Source of the DNA: Enterobacter phage phiT5282H
Strand: one strand, 5' to 3'
DNA: 31,978 nt
Sequence record: MG589387.1
The notes beneath the pieces were generated by a model. That model was not told where the DNA came from. It saw only the letters and a list, made by a program, of their open reading frames with translations, and made no database searches. A program made the position numbers and the translations under genes. Positions 16,852 to 26,375 of this stretch are shown piece by piece (position 1 is the first letter of the stretch; every line of letters starts with the position of its first letter).

Positions 16852-19052
16852 TGGAAAGGAACTTACTTTTAGGTAACGGTCATGTTCTAACAAAAAAGGA
16901 ACCTTTGCCTAAAGGAAGGGATGGTAAGCGCTATCCCTATACTCTTGAAGAAGTAAGGGAGCATTTAAACCCCGAGATTGATACTTTACTCTCACGCTTT
17001 CGCAGTTTGGATGATGCGGCTAAGCCAAGGGGTGAGAGTGTATTCAATTTAACTTTACACCCAGCGTTTTTAGGTAAAAGCTACTTTCCTGAAGGGTTGC
17101 TTAGAGCGACAGGTTTACGGGATGTCGGTAGCCGTCAGGTAATCATTCGCCCACGGAAAGCGGCGCGTCAGTCCGATCAGAATAAGGACTTAGTAACGGC
17201 GCAACTGTTTGTCAGCGGTGATGATGATGCCGTTATAAGATTTAAGGAAATTTTAAATTCCCCTACAGCTCCGAAGGGCGTACAAAAGGATTTGATCGAA
17301 ATTGAAAGTGTTAGCTTTTTTGAAGGAAAAGAGAGAGCACGCAATTTTGAGCATGCGAAAAGTGATTTGATAAAATTTGAAGTGGTTCTTCATGCTGGGG
17401 TTGAAGACGATGATATCGTTAAAGCCTATATTAACTATGCGGCACAATATGGCGTCTCTGTTGATTACAAAAGTAAAATTCAAGTTGGTGGGCTGACTTT
17501 CATCGTTGCACACGCACGACCTGAAGATATGAAAAAAACCCTCGATTTTTCATTAATCCGCGTTGTGCGGCCGATGCCGTCTCTAAGGTGTACTCAGCCG
17601 AACATTGTCAGAAAGTTATCTAATATAGTTACACCGGAGTTCCCTAATTCTAAAGCTGTTCTTGAATCCGAACGTATTGCAATTTTTGACGGTGGCTTGG
17701 GGACAGCTGACTTAAGTAATTGGGTTACGGAATACGTGTATCCAGACACCAAAGAGACAAGCGGATTATTATTGCAGCACGGTAATGAAGTAACATCAAC
17801 TTTCTTATTCGGACGTGTCGAGGAAAATGCACCTTCTTTTGAAAGACCGTTTATGAATGTTGATCATTATAGAGTTCTTTCACCAACATCAGGTGACAAT
17901 GGCGATTGGGATTTGTTTGATGTCCTTAAGAAAATTCAGTCCGTTCTTGATAGTGGTGACTATAAGTTCGCTAATCTAAGTATTGGTCCTCATCTTCCAA
18001 TTGGCGATGATGAGGTTCATGCATGGACTGCTGTTTTAGACCAAATCTGTGCTAAGCATGGGATATTACTTACTGTTGCTGTTGGGAATGATGGTCATGA
18101 GGACGGTGATGCAGCGAGAATACAACCTCCTTCCGATATGGTAAACGCGCTAGCGATTGGTGCTGCTGATCGTAGCGGTGAAAAATGGGGGCGGGCACCA
18201 TATAGCTGTATTGGCCCTGGCAGAAGCCCCGGATTCGTTAAACCTGATGGTGTTATTTTTGGTGGAAGCGACGACGAGCCTTTTTACACTTACAACCCGC
18301 TGCTTGGTTCTATAGTCGGAGTTCAAGGAACCAGTTATGCCTCTCCATTAGCATTGAGAACGGCCGCTGGAGTTGCGGCTCTATCAGGAACCCCATTGAA
18401 CACCATTGCATTGAAAGCGTTGCTTGTTCATCATGCTGAAACATCAAGAAAATATTCGCGTGAACATATCGGTTGGGGACGGTTTAGTGAAGATCCTAAC
18501 GTTTTAATCGATTGTGCGAATGATACTGCTACAGTAATTTACTATGGTTCATTAGCAAAAAATAAATATTTAAGGGCACCGATCCCATTCCCCGATGTTC
18601 CCTTTGACGAAGCATTTGAGCTTACCGCTACTTTATGCATTCAAACCCCAGTTGATCCTGAACATTCAGTAAACTATACAAGGGCCGGTATGCAGGTAAC
18701 TTTCCGTCCAAGATTCGGCCTTGACGATGCCGATACTGATGATTTCTTTGGTCAAAAAAGCCAGTATAAGACCGAAAGGGAGTGTAGGAGTGAAGGTCAT
18801 AAGTGGGAAACTTGCTTGCACAGAAGCAAAAAATTCAGTGCTGATACATTATTAAGCGATCCAGTTTTTGATATACGGTATCACGCCCGAGATTCTTCGC
18901 GCCATGTTAAGGGGGTTTCAGCCCCTGATATGCAATATGCGATGGTAATAAGCGTAAGGGTAAAAGACTTTGATTTATATAATGTTATTCGCCAGCGATA
19001 TACAATTCTAAATCCTATTCAACTGCGCACACAGATTTCTCTCGACACGTAA
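16848..19052 (+). CDS. large cytoplasmic subtilisin-like (S8) serine protease with about 270-aa N-terminal and about 200-aa C-terminal domains of unknown function
   Basis: Catalytic residues in order: D in AIFDGGLGT, H in LQHGNEVTS, N in AVGNDGHE, S in GTSYASP. No signal peptide. ATGA overlap with the ATPase stop. Confidence 0.85.
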   Translation: MMERNLLLGNGHVLTKKEPLPKGRDGKRYPYTLEEVREHLNPEIDTLLSRFRSLDDAAKPRGESVFNLTLHPAFLGKSYFPEGLLRATGLRDVGSRQVIIRPRKAARQSDQNKDLVTAQLFVSGDDDAVIRFKEILNSPTAPKGVQKDLIEIESVSFFEGKERARNFEHAKSDLIKFEVVLHAGVEDDDIVKAYINYAAQYGVSVDYKSKIQVGGLTFIVAHARPEDMKKTLDFSLIRVVRPMPSLRCTQPNIVRKLSNIVTPEFPNSKAVLESERIAIFDGGLGTADLSNWVTEYVYPDTKETSGLLLQHGNEVTSTFLFGRVEENAPSFERPFMNVDHYRVLSPTSGDNGDWDLFDVLKKIQSVLDSGDYKFANLSIGPHLPIGDDEVHAWTAVLDQICAKHGILLTVAVGNDGHEDGDAARIQPPSDMVNALAIGAADRSGEKWGRAPYSCIGPGRSPGFVKPDGVIFGGSDDEPFYTYNPLLGSIVGVQGTSYASPLALRTAAGVAALSGTPLNTIALKALLVHHAETSRKYSREHIGWGRFSEDPNVLIDCANDTATVIYYGSLAKNKYLRAPIPFPDVPFDEAFELTATLCIQTPVDPEHSVNYTRAGMQVTFRPRFGLDDADTDDFFGQKSQYKTERECRSEGHKWETCLHRSKKFSADTLLSDPVFDIRYHARDSSRHVKGVSAPDMQYAMVISVRVKDFDLYNVIRQRYTILNPIQLRTQISLDT

Positions 19053-19059
19053 TTTTCAT

Positions 19060-19082
19060 GGCCGCGAAAGCGGCCTTTTTTC
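19060..19082 (+). terminator. rho-independent terminator (ggccgc-gaaa-gcggcc + T7)
   Basis: Perfect GC stem, GNRA-like loop and T-run immediately after the protease gene. Confidence 0.7.
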
Positions 19083-19104
19083 TGTAAATTTTTATGAATT
19101 TATA

Positions 19105-19130
19105 TGCACGATAGTGCACAAATTTGCACA
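19105..19130. repeat. three helically phased TGCAC(A) repeats (19105, 19114, 19125); fourth copy at 19196
   Basis: Seen directly beside the putative cos. Candidate terminase-binding elements. Confidence 0.35.
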
Positions 19131-19151
19131 ATTTTTTTGAGGCTATTTATA

Positions 19152-19175
19152 CCCTTTCCGCCCTGTGGCGGCGCG
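19152..19175. other. candidate cos (cohesive end) site
   Basis: The minus strand reads GCCGCCACAGGGCGGAAAGGGT, resembling the P2/186 cos GGCG(A/T)GGCGGGGAAAGCA. The position upstream of Q matches P2. Confidence 0.35.
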
Positions 19176-19498
19176 GTCTGACCCCGGATCGGGAAATGCA
19201 CAAAAAACGAAGCAAATGTCGTGCGCAGGTGACGGGGGAACAGCCCACGCGACGGAGGGTCGGGAGGTGATGCCTTTAATTGCCATTCTCCGGCCTTTTT
19301 CGCCTTCTCCGCGCGTTTTCTCATGTCTGGATGTGTTCAGGGTAAATTGCAGATTGCGCCTGCCAGAATGGCGCTCATGCGCTCTGAGTGAGGGGCGTTA
19401 AAGGTTGTGCTGAGTGGTGCTCAGTTGGTGGCCGTTCTTGCGAGGATTGAAAATTATTGAAGGAGAACCGCCGCAGGTTGTGCAGCGGTTGGATCGGG

Positions 19499-20557
19499 TT
19501 ACTCGTCTTTGAGCAGAGCGTAGGGATTGAAGCGGATCACTTCCTGACCGAGCCAGTCATTGACGCCTTTCATTGCTTCCATCACAGGCAACATTTCGTT
19601 GATGGCAAAGACGCGCGCGGCTTTCTCAACATCACCGAGCGAGCCGTTGCCTTCCGGCATTGCGCCCATCAGTTGCGGCGGGATGCGGTGAGCGTCGCGG
19701 AGATCGTTGCGCGTTGCTGATTTGATGTTAAGAAACTCATCCTTTGCCGATATCTGGCTGAACGGCAATAGTTGCACGCCGTCTTTGCCGCCGCCCGGCG
19801 CGTGGATCAGCACGTTTTTGAAGGAGCCTTTCCCTCTGGCCTGTGACAGCGTCTTTTGCACCACCTTTATGCTTTCCTGATCCACCTTCTCCGAGCCGAC
19901 ATAGAGAATACATCCGGCGTGAGAGCCGTTGTCGTAATAGAGTTTGCGGAACTTATCGGCGGAATGTGACAGGCTGGCGGACAGAAGCGCCCCCATGTAT
20001 TCCGGCATACCGTAGATTTCCTGATGAATGTCCGGGTTCATGATGTGGCAGACCTCGCCCGCCTTAAACTCGTATTCATCTTTCCACTGCCGGATAAACC
20101 AGTAGGTATCAAGATCGCTTCCCCGTCGCGTGTTCAGCGCCGGAACATGCTTAAGTTTTAGCGGCTCTCCCAGGTGATTAGACCGACGCTCAAGATAGGC
20201 ATTGCCGAAGACGAACCAGTCCAGCGCAAACGCAGAGAAGGCCTGCCGCGAGAGTAACGGATGAGGGATATAGCACCCGGTCAGCACATTGCGTTTGAAG
20301 TAAAGCGCCGACTGATGCAGCGGGGACTGTGTGAACGCACGGGTTAACCCCTTCCAGTCTATTGGCGTCTCGTAGTACCGACCGTTATCGACGCAGCACA
20401 TGCTGTCCAGCAGATCATAGCCGTCTGTTACTGAATATGGCCCGTCAAACGTGAAGGCGCTGAGCGCCGGATCGCTTCTGAGAGCGTCAGAGATATCAGG
20501 CTGTCCGGCACTGCCACTGCTGGCAGTGTGTTTGTTTTTGTAGGTGCGCTTCTTCAT
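19499..20557 (-). CDS. Q: portal protein Q
   Basis: 352 aa, first gene leftward from cos, followed by terminase P, as in P2. Confidence 0.85.
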   Translation of the reverse strand: MKKRTYKNKHTASSGSAGQPDISDALRSDPALSAFTFDGPYSVTDGYDLLDSMCCVDNGRYYETPIDWKGLTRAFTQSPLHQSALYFKRNVLTGCYIPHPLLSRQAFSAFALDWFVFGNAYLERRSNHLGEPLKLKHVPALNTRRGSDLDTYWFIRQWKDEYEFKAGEVCHIMNPDIHQEIYGMPEYMGALLSASLSHSADKFRKLYYDNGSHAGCILYVGSEKVDQESIKVVQKTLSQARGKGSFKNVLIHAPGGGKDGVQLLPFSQISAKDEFLNIKSATRNDLRDAHRIPPQLMGAMPEGNGSLGDVEKAARVFAINEMLPVMEAMKGVNDWLGQEVIRFNPYALLKDE

Positions 20558-22287
20558 CAGAACTCCATAGCAAACCCGCCGCTGCCACTCTCCTGGCCCA
20601 ACGGTTCGTTAATAATGGCGAGCATATTCGCCCAGGCTAAATCACCGTGGCTGACGCCGCGCGAGCGGTCAGTGTCATAGGTGATGAATCCGCCAGGCGT
20701 CTTTACCTTGCGAACAGAGTTAAATGCGTTGATCAGCGCGCGCTCGCTGCGGTCATATTCCCAGCGCCCGGCGCGGATCAGTTGTAGCATTTTCAACACC
20801 AGGGCGCGCTTTGACGTCATTGACATGGTGTAGGGCATTGCCATCGGGAAGAACTTCTTCACTATCTGGTAAACGGCCTCACCGTTACCGCCCGTCACGT
20901 CGATGCCGACATGCTGCACGTTGTATTTGAAGGTGAAGTTTTCGATAACTTTCGCCTGCTCTTCAAATTCAAGGCCGCGCACCTGTTCCGTTTCCACCGT
21001 GCGGAATTTACCGCCCGGCACCAGTGGCGGCACCACAACGCAAATCGCGCCGCTGTCACCGTTGCCGCTGCTGCCGTTGGCGTCATAACCTATCCAGACT
21101 GGGCGATTACCCATCGGTCTGGACGCGAAAGGCTTCCAGTCCGGCCATTCGTCGTAACCATCTACCCCGCAGCCAATCAGGGCGTTAAGGTTGAAGGCAG
21201 ACTCGCCATCGCGAACGAACTCGCACATGTACAGGTTGCGGAATTCATCCTCGCTGTTTTCATCCTGAATTTCTTCAAGATCGGTATACTCCCAGCCGTG
21301 GTCTATCACATCCTTCAGGGTGACAATCTGACGCCAGGTTTTATCCGGACATAACAGCCCGCTGTTCAGCGTTTTCCAGCCCACATCAAACGCTTTGCGC
21401 TGTGCCTTCGGGCGTTTCTCATTCCAGCGATCGCCCGTCCAGAACGGATAAGCCTCATGGGTCTCACCTGACGGCGTGGAAAAGTAAGTACGTGTCAGCC
21501 CCTTCAGCGTTGCCATCGCACCCGCAACCTTTCGCAGGTTGGTGAAGTTGCTGACCCAGAAGAATTCGTCAAACTTCAGGTTGCCCGTATATGACTGCGC
21601 TGTTGCAGCGGACGTGCCGAGGAAATGCAGCTCTGCGCCGTTACTCAGTACGATTTTGTCACCGCCCTTAAGCTCAACGTCCACCTCTTCCGCCATCTTC
21701 TGAATGAATCCCCTGAACTGGTGCGCCTGACGGCGGGATGCAGACAGAAATATCTGGTTGCGCTGGTACGGGTATTTCACATCATCGCGCAGCGCATCAA
21801 GCAACGCCTCGCGTGCAAAGTACCAGGTTGCGCCAATCTGGCGGGACTTCAGTATCATGCGGTTTCGGTGGTGGCGTTGCTCATACCAGCCGCGTTGATG
21901 CCACGAAAGGGAATCAAGTATTTTCTCCCGCAGCGCGACGATCTGTTCTTCGGTGAAGTGGTTTTTCAGCTTGCGCTTGCGTGGCTTTTTGCCCGCGCCA
22001 GCCCCTGCCGGTTGTCCGGCAGACAGCTTTTTCAGTTGCCGGGTCAGCAGGTCAATCTCCTTGAAGTCTCCCCCGGTCTTATCTTTCTTGTCCGTAAGCT
22101 GGATGAGGCGCGCATCCATCGACTGGCTGACGCGCTGTACGGGCGGCGTTTCATACCATTCATCGCGTTTCTTCCAGGCGTAAATTGTGTTCTGATTAAT
22201 CCCCATCAGGCGCGCGATCTCCGCTGGCGGGTAGCCCTGCCAGTAAAGTTGTTTTGCCCTCTGACGTACAAAAGTGTCCTGTATCAT
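20557..22287 (-). CDS. P: terminase large (ATPase) subunit P
   Basis: 576 aa. N-terminal ...AKQLYWQGYPPAEIARLMGINQNTIYAWKKRDEW HTH-like region typical of P2-family gpP. Confidence 0.9.
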   Translation of the reverse strand: MIQDTFVRQRAKQLYWQGYPPAEIARLMGINQNTIYAWKKRDEWYETPPVQRVSQSMDARLIQLTDKKDKTGGDFKEIDLLTRQLKKLSAGQPAGAGAGKKPRKRKLKNHFTEEQIVALREKILDSLSWHQRGWYEQRHHRNRMILKSRQIGATWYFAREALLDALRDDVKYPYQRNQIFLSASRRQAHQFRGFIQKMAEEVDVELKGGDKIVLSNGAELHFLGTSAATAQSYTGNLKFDEFFWVSNFTNLRKVAGAMATLKGLTRTYFSTPSGETHEAYPFWTGDRWNEKRPKAQRKAFDVGWKTLNSGLLCPDKTWRQIVTLKDVIDHGWEYTDLEEIQDENSEDEFRNLYMCEFVRDGESAFNLNALIGCGVDGYDEWPDWKPFASRPMGNRPVWIGYDANGSSGNGDSGAICVVVPPLVPGGKFRTVETEQVRGLEFEEQAKVIENFTFKYNVQHVGIDVTGGNGEAVYQIVKKFFPMAMPYTMSMTSKRALVLKMLQLIRAGRWEYDRSERALINAFNSVRKVKTPGGFITYDTDRSRGVSHGDLAWANMLAIINEPLGQESGSGGFAMEF

Positions 22288-22350
22288 CTGCCCTCCACCG
22301 TTTATGGAGTGAAGATTACCCCGCGCGCGATCCCGCTATCGCCCCCTTTA

Positions 22351-22379
22351 TGGTCTGGCCTTCCTCCGACAACAAAACC
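22351..22379. promoter_or_regulatory. putative late promoter activator element (TGGTCTGGCC-N6-CGACAACAAAACC; TCT-N12-ACA) between divergent P and O
   Basis: Second copy of the 6649-6678 element. It is centred about 52-57 bp from plausible transcription start sites of both P and O. Confidence 0.45.
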
Positions 22380-22446
22380 TCGTTGAGACAGCAAGTTACG
22401 CTCTGCCATCATGGCCGTACAGAAACCACTCAACAGGATTATCGAC

Positions 22447-23283
22447 ATGGCTAGCGCAGCTAAACCAGCCCGTAAGAAATTCCGCGTTGCTGTCTCTGGT
22501 GCCACCGTTGACGGGCGTGAAATTCGCCCTGAGCACCTTCGTGATGCAGCAGCAAACTACAGCCCCGACGTGTACGGCGCACGCGTCAACGTGGAGCACT
22601 ATCTTTCGCCGTTCCCCGGCAGTGATTTCGGCGCGATGGGGGATGTGACGGCGCTGAGTGCGGAAGATATCAGCGAAGGCCCGCTTGCCGGACGCACTGC
22701 GCTTTACGCCGAGATTGAACCTTCTGAGCGCATGAAGAAGCTGACGGAAGAAGGTAAGAAAATTTACTCCAGCATTGAACTGCATCCGCAGTTTGCGCTT
22801 AACGGCAAGGCGTATGTCATGGGGCTGGCGATGACCGATACCCCGGCCAGCCTCGGCACTGAGCGCCTGAAATTTGCCGCGCAGCAACGTCAGCAGGTTA
22901 TGTCCTTCAACAATCAGCAGGGTGAAGCCCCGCTGTTCACCGATGCCATTGAGGCAGAAATTATCGAACTGGCTGAGCAGCGCAGCGATGAAGGTAAGCA
23001 GTGGTTCGGGCGCGTCATGGGGATTATCGGCAAAGGCCGTAAATCTGACGGTGAACAATTCAGCCAGGTGCGCGACGCCGTGGAGAACGTCGCCCAATCC
23101 CATGCCGATCTGCTGGACAGTTTTAACGACCTGAGCCGCGCCCGCGAGCAGGACAGCCAGGCTATCCAGAAGCTGACCTCCGATCTTGCCGCGCTGACCA
23201 GCAAGCTGGGAAGCACTGACGCCAATTTCAGCCAGCGGGAACCCGCGAGCGGTGGCGCTAACGCGCAACTGGCTGATTACTGA
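22447..23283 (+). CDS. O: capsid scaffolding protein O
   Basis: FRVAVSGATVDGREIRPEHL...YGARVNVEHY parallels P2 gpO (FRIGVEGDTCDGRVISAQDI...YGCRINLEHL). The ATG at 22447 is preferred over 22411. Confidence 0.85.
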   Translation: MASAAKPARKKFRVAVSGATVDGREIRPEHLRDAAANYSPDVYGARVNVEHYLSPFPGSDFGAMGDVTALSAEDISEGPLAGRTALYAEIEPSERMKKLTEEGKKIYSSIELHPQFALNGKAYVMGLAMTDTPASLGTERLKFAAQQRQQVMSFNNQQGEAPLFTDAIEAEIIELAEQRSDEGKQWFGRVMGIIGKGRKSDGEQFSQVRDAVENVAQSHADLLDSFNDLSRAREQDSQAIQKLTSDLAALTSKLGSTDANFSQREPASGGANAQLADY

Positions 23284-23306
23284 TATTCACAAAGAGAGCA
23301 GAGAAC

Positions 23307-24356
23307 ATGGATAACAATACCCGCCAGCTATTTGATCAGTACATCGCCCGGCAGGCACAGCTAAACGGCGTTTCCACCGCCGCTGTCGCTGCAAAATTTG
23401 CCGTAGATCCGACGCGTCAACAGCGCCTTGAGCAGGCCGCACAGCAGGATGATTCTTTCCTGAGCAAAATTAACGTGTTTGGCGTCAACCAGCAGATTGG
23501 TCAGAAAGTCCTGATCGGCAGTAAAGGCCCGATGGCTGGCGTAAACAACAGCGTCACCAGTCGCCGCAACCCAGGCTCAAATCATTCAATGGAGCCGCTC
23601 GACTACATGTGCCGCAAGGTCAACTATGACTACGGCATCAGCTATGAACAGCTTGATGCGTGGGCGCACATGCCGGAGTTCCAGCCGCTGATCAGCAAGG
23701 CAATGGCCCGTCAGATGTCGCTCGATCGCATCATGATTGGCTTTAACGGCGTGAAGTACAGCGATCCGTCTGACCGCGCCGCTAACCCGCTTTTGCAGGA
23801 CTGTGGCATTGGCTGGCTGGAAAAAATCCGTAAGGAAGCGCCGCACCGCGTTATTTCCAATGTGACGATCACCTCGCGCGATGAAGATAACAAGGTTGTA
23901 GCGAAAGGCACCTACGGCAACATTGGCGCTGCGGTGTACGACGCCAAAAACACCCTGATGGATGAGTGGCACAAGCGTAACCCGGATAACGTGGTGATTC
24001 TGGCGGGCGACCTGCTGACGACCAGCAATTTTTCAGCCATCAACGCGTTGAGCCAGACCAATCCGAATACCGAAATGCTGGCCGGTCAGTTGATTGTCGC
24101 GCAGGAGCGCGTAGGCAACATGCCGACCTTTATCGCGCCTTACTTCCCGGTGAATGGCGTGCTGATCACGCCATTCAAAAACCTGTCGGTGTACTACCAG
24201 CGCGGCGGTCTGCGCCGGACGATCAAGGAAGAGCCGGAATACAACCGTGTCGCAATGTATCAGTCTTCAAACGATGACTTCGTCATTGAAGACTACGGCA
24301 ATGTTGCGTTCATTGACGGCATTCAGTTCGCCCAGGCTGAAGCGGCAGGCGAGTGA
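23307..24356 (+). CDS. N: major capsid protein N
   Basis: 349 aa, P2 gpN-like, between O and M. Confidence 0.9.
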   Translation: MDNNTRQLFDQYIARQAQLNGVSTAAVAAKFAVDPTRQQRLEQAAQQDDSFLSKINVFGVNQQIGQKVLIGSKGPMAGVNNSVTSRRNPGSNHSMEPLDYMCRKVNYDYGISYEQLDAWAHMPEFQPLISKAMARQMSLDRIMIGFNGVKYSDPSDRAANPLLQDCGIGWLEKIRKEAPHRVISNVTITSRDEDNKVVAKGTYGNIGAAVYDAKNTLMDEWHKRNPDNVVILAGDLLTTSNFSAINALSQTNPNTEMLAGQLIVAQERVGNMPTFIAPYFPVNGVLITPFKNLSVYYQRGGLRRTIKEEPEYNRVAMYQSSNDDFVIEDYGNVAFIDGIQFAQAEAAGE

Positions 24357-24363
24357 CAGAAGC

Positions 24364-24382
24364 GGCGGGGCATTGCCCCGCC
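24364..24382 (+). other. GC-rich stem-loop (ggcggggc-att-gccccgcc) just after the capsid gene
   Basis: 8-bp perfect stem with no T-run. A possible attenuator or RNA stability element between N and M. Confidence 0.35.
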
Positions 24383-24401
24383 ATGACGGGGAGAAGTGAC
24401 G

Positions 24402-25259
24402 ATGTTAACACCGGCACAACGACATTTTCAGAAGGTCATGGCAGAACGCCGGGGCCAGGCGGATGAAGAATCCGATATCCAGCGTACCGCGCATGAGCAA
24501 ATTCTGCATCGCCTGCGTATGGACTTATCCCGCCTCAGCGGCGTGCAGTCCGAAGAAACCAAAGCCGAAATGAAAAAATCCATGCTGCCTGAATACGAGG
24601 GATGGATTGAAGGCACGCTCGACGGCGACAACGGACGGCAGGATGAAGTCATTACCAGGCTGATGGTCTGGGCGATTGATTGTCGTGATTATGCGCTTGC
24701 GATGAGGCTTGGGCGTTATGTGGTGCGCCACGGACTGACACTGCCGGATAACTTCAACCGCACAGCGGCAACATTCCTGACCGAAGAAATGAGCAAGCCA
24801 CTGTTGACGCTCGCGGCTGCTGATGCCGACGCTGATTTATCAGCCAGCACCGCAGTGCTTGACGAAGTGGCGGAAATTGTCGCCGACAGTGATATGCCGG
24901 ATGTGGTGCGCGCCAAGTTGTGTAAGGCCCGTGCACTTGCCCGCCGTGGTGCGACTGATATCACGACCAAAGCGGAAGCGCTGGCGCTGTTCCGTGAGGC
25001 GCTGACGCGAAACCCCAACGCCGGGGTGAAAAAAGAGATTGCCACGCTTGCCCGTGAAGTTAAGAAGCTGTCTGTGGATGGCGGCACGGGTGAAGGCGAT
25101 ACGGCCAGCACCGACAAAACTGACGGTACTGCAGAGCCTGTTCCTGAAAAGAGCACTACCGCCAGCGCAGCAGGTAAAGCGACGGCGCGTAAAACCACGA
25201 CTAAGACGGCAACAGGCAAAGCGACAAAGCGCAAGCCTGCCAGCCAGAAAAAGAATTAA
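24402..25259 (+). CDS. M: terminase small subunit M
   Basis: MLTPAQRH... as in P2 gpM (MTSPAQRH). Basic Lys/Thr-rich C-terminal tail. An alternative GTG at 24396 is possible. Confidence 0.8.
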   Translation: MLTPAQRHFQKVMAERRGQADEESDIQRTAHEQILHRLRMDLSRLSGVQSEETKAEMKKSMLPEYEGWIEGTLDGDNGRQDEVITRLMVWAIDCRDYALAMRLGRYVVRHGLTLPDNFNRTAATFLTEEMSKPLLTLAAADADADLSASTAVLDEVAEIVADSDMPDVVRAKLCKARALARRGATDITTKAEALALFREALTRNPNAGVKKEIATLAREVKKLSVDGGTGEGDTASTDKTDGTAEPVPEKSTTASAAGKATARKTTTKTATGKATKRKPASQKKN

Positions 25260-25357
25260 CGACTTCGGCCCCGTCCGACAGGCGGCGCGGGTGGATATCT
25301 GCCCGTAAAAGGTCTTTTAACCACCCGCCCACCGCCTGATTTATGGGAGATAAGTGC

Positions 25358-25882
25358 ATGAGCAGCCTTGTGGCAAATAAGCGCGTGTTGCCTGCCGACA
25401 GTGATACCCCCGATGTTGATGATGGCGATACCACTGTCAGCGCCGGGGACTTCTGGCCGGTGATTAAACTGGCCGATCTCCGTCTGGCCGCGCGTATCAC
25501 TGGCGGTATCACCACGTCCAGGCTGATGCACGTCACCACTGAAGCGGTAGCCCATGTCACCGCACAGTTGCTGGACTGGCGCGCCGCGCAGGTCAGCGCA
25601 GGCTTTCACACGCTGGAAGATGTGCCTTCAGTCCTGCCGTCAGGTGAGACGGAAAAGCTGGTTATCAACGGTGAAAACGTGAAGGTGTACCGCTTTCGCC
25701 GTGCAGTCTATTCGATTGCCAGGGCGCTGGTACTTGAAGGCTATCGCGACGTTGATACCACGGCGAAAGGCGACAAAGACGCCGCCGCGCTTGACCTGCA
25801 ACGGGATGATCTCTGGCGGGATGCCCGCTGGAGCATCGCTGATATTCGCGACAAACCACGACTCTATGCGGAGCTTTGCTGA
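25358..25882 (+). CDS. L: head completion/stabilisation protein L
   Basis: GGGAGA RBS. C-terminal ...AKGDKDAAALDLQRDDLWRDARWSIADIRDKPR is close to P2 gpL (AKGDKKADSIDSTIDELWRDMRWAVARIQGKPR). Confidence 0.85.
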   Translation: MSSLVANKRVLPADSDTPDVDDGDTTVSAGDFWPVIKLADLRLAARITGGITTSRLMHVTTEAVAHVTAQLLDWRAAQVSAGFHTLEDVPSVLPSGETEKLVINGENVKVYRFRRAVYSIARALVLEGYRDVDTTAKGDKDAAALDLQRDDLWRDARWSIADIRDKPRLYAELC

Positions 25883-26082
25883 TGAAAGTTAAGGCGTTGC
25901 AGGGGGATACGGTGGATTTGCTTTGCTGGCGTCACTACGGCACCACGCAGGGCGTTACCGAAAAAGTGTTATCCGCCAATCCAGGACTGAGTCAGCAGGT
26001 TTTTCTTGATGCCGGTCAGGAGATTGAACTGCCGGAAATCTCGCGTAAAGCGACACAGGAGATGGTGCAGCTATGGGATTAA
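25882..26082 (+). CDS. X: tail protein X
   Basis: MKVKALQGDTVDLLCWRHYG... parallels P2 gpX (MKTFALQGDTLDAICVRYYG). TGATG overlap with L. Confidence 0.8.
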   Translation: MKVKALQGDTVDLLCWRHYGTTQGVTEKVLSANPGLSQQVFLDAGQEIELPEISRKATQEMVQLWD

Positions 26083-26375
26083 GTTTCTTTCAGCGCCTGA
26101 ATGACTGGCTGACATTTACCATGTCAGCAATGGTCACAAGTATCGGCGTCATGACGCTGAGCGAAAAGATTGCGCTGGCCGGTCTTCTCGTCGGGATGGT
26201 TTTTGGTGCCCGTGGATGGCTCTATCGCGCCCGCATCGAACGAGGGCAGAAGCGTCGCAACGAACTGATTAACCAGATCCTTGAGCAGGCAGAACACAGA
26301 CAGATGAGTGGGTCAGAGCGCCGGGCGCTTGACCTCCTGCAACAGAATGAGCCGGAAGATGAAACAGCTTATTAA
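26073..26375 (+). CDS. Y: holin (P2 Y position)
   Basis: 100 aa with two or three hydrophobic segments and a charged C-terminus. Overlaps the X stop. Confidence 0.75.
   Translation: MGLSFFQRLNDWLTFTMSAMVTSIGVMTLSEKIALAGLLVGMVFGARGWLYRARIERGQKRRNELINQILEQAEHRQMSGSERRALDLLQQNEPEDETAY

Noticed and set aside
19100-19720. ORFs of 74-87 aa on both strands in the cos region
   Set aside because: They are in a non-coding packaging region with repeats and have no RBS. The 19457-19720 ORF is antisense to the portal 3' end.
21625-22386. 253-aa plus-strand ORF
   Set aside because: It lies entirely antisense within terminase P. No start context.
22396-23268. 290-aa minus-strand ORF mirroring scaffold gene O
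   Set aside because: It is fully antisense to O, which has clear P2 homology, and is a typical high-GC antisense artefact. The same applies to 22914-23225 and 22874-23134.
24716-25234. 172-aa minus-strand Ala/Ser-rich ORF
   Set aside because: Antisense to terminase small subunit M. Low-complexity translation.
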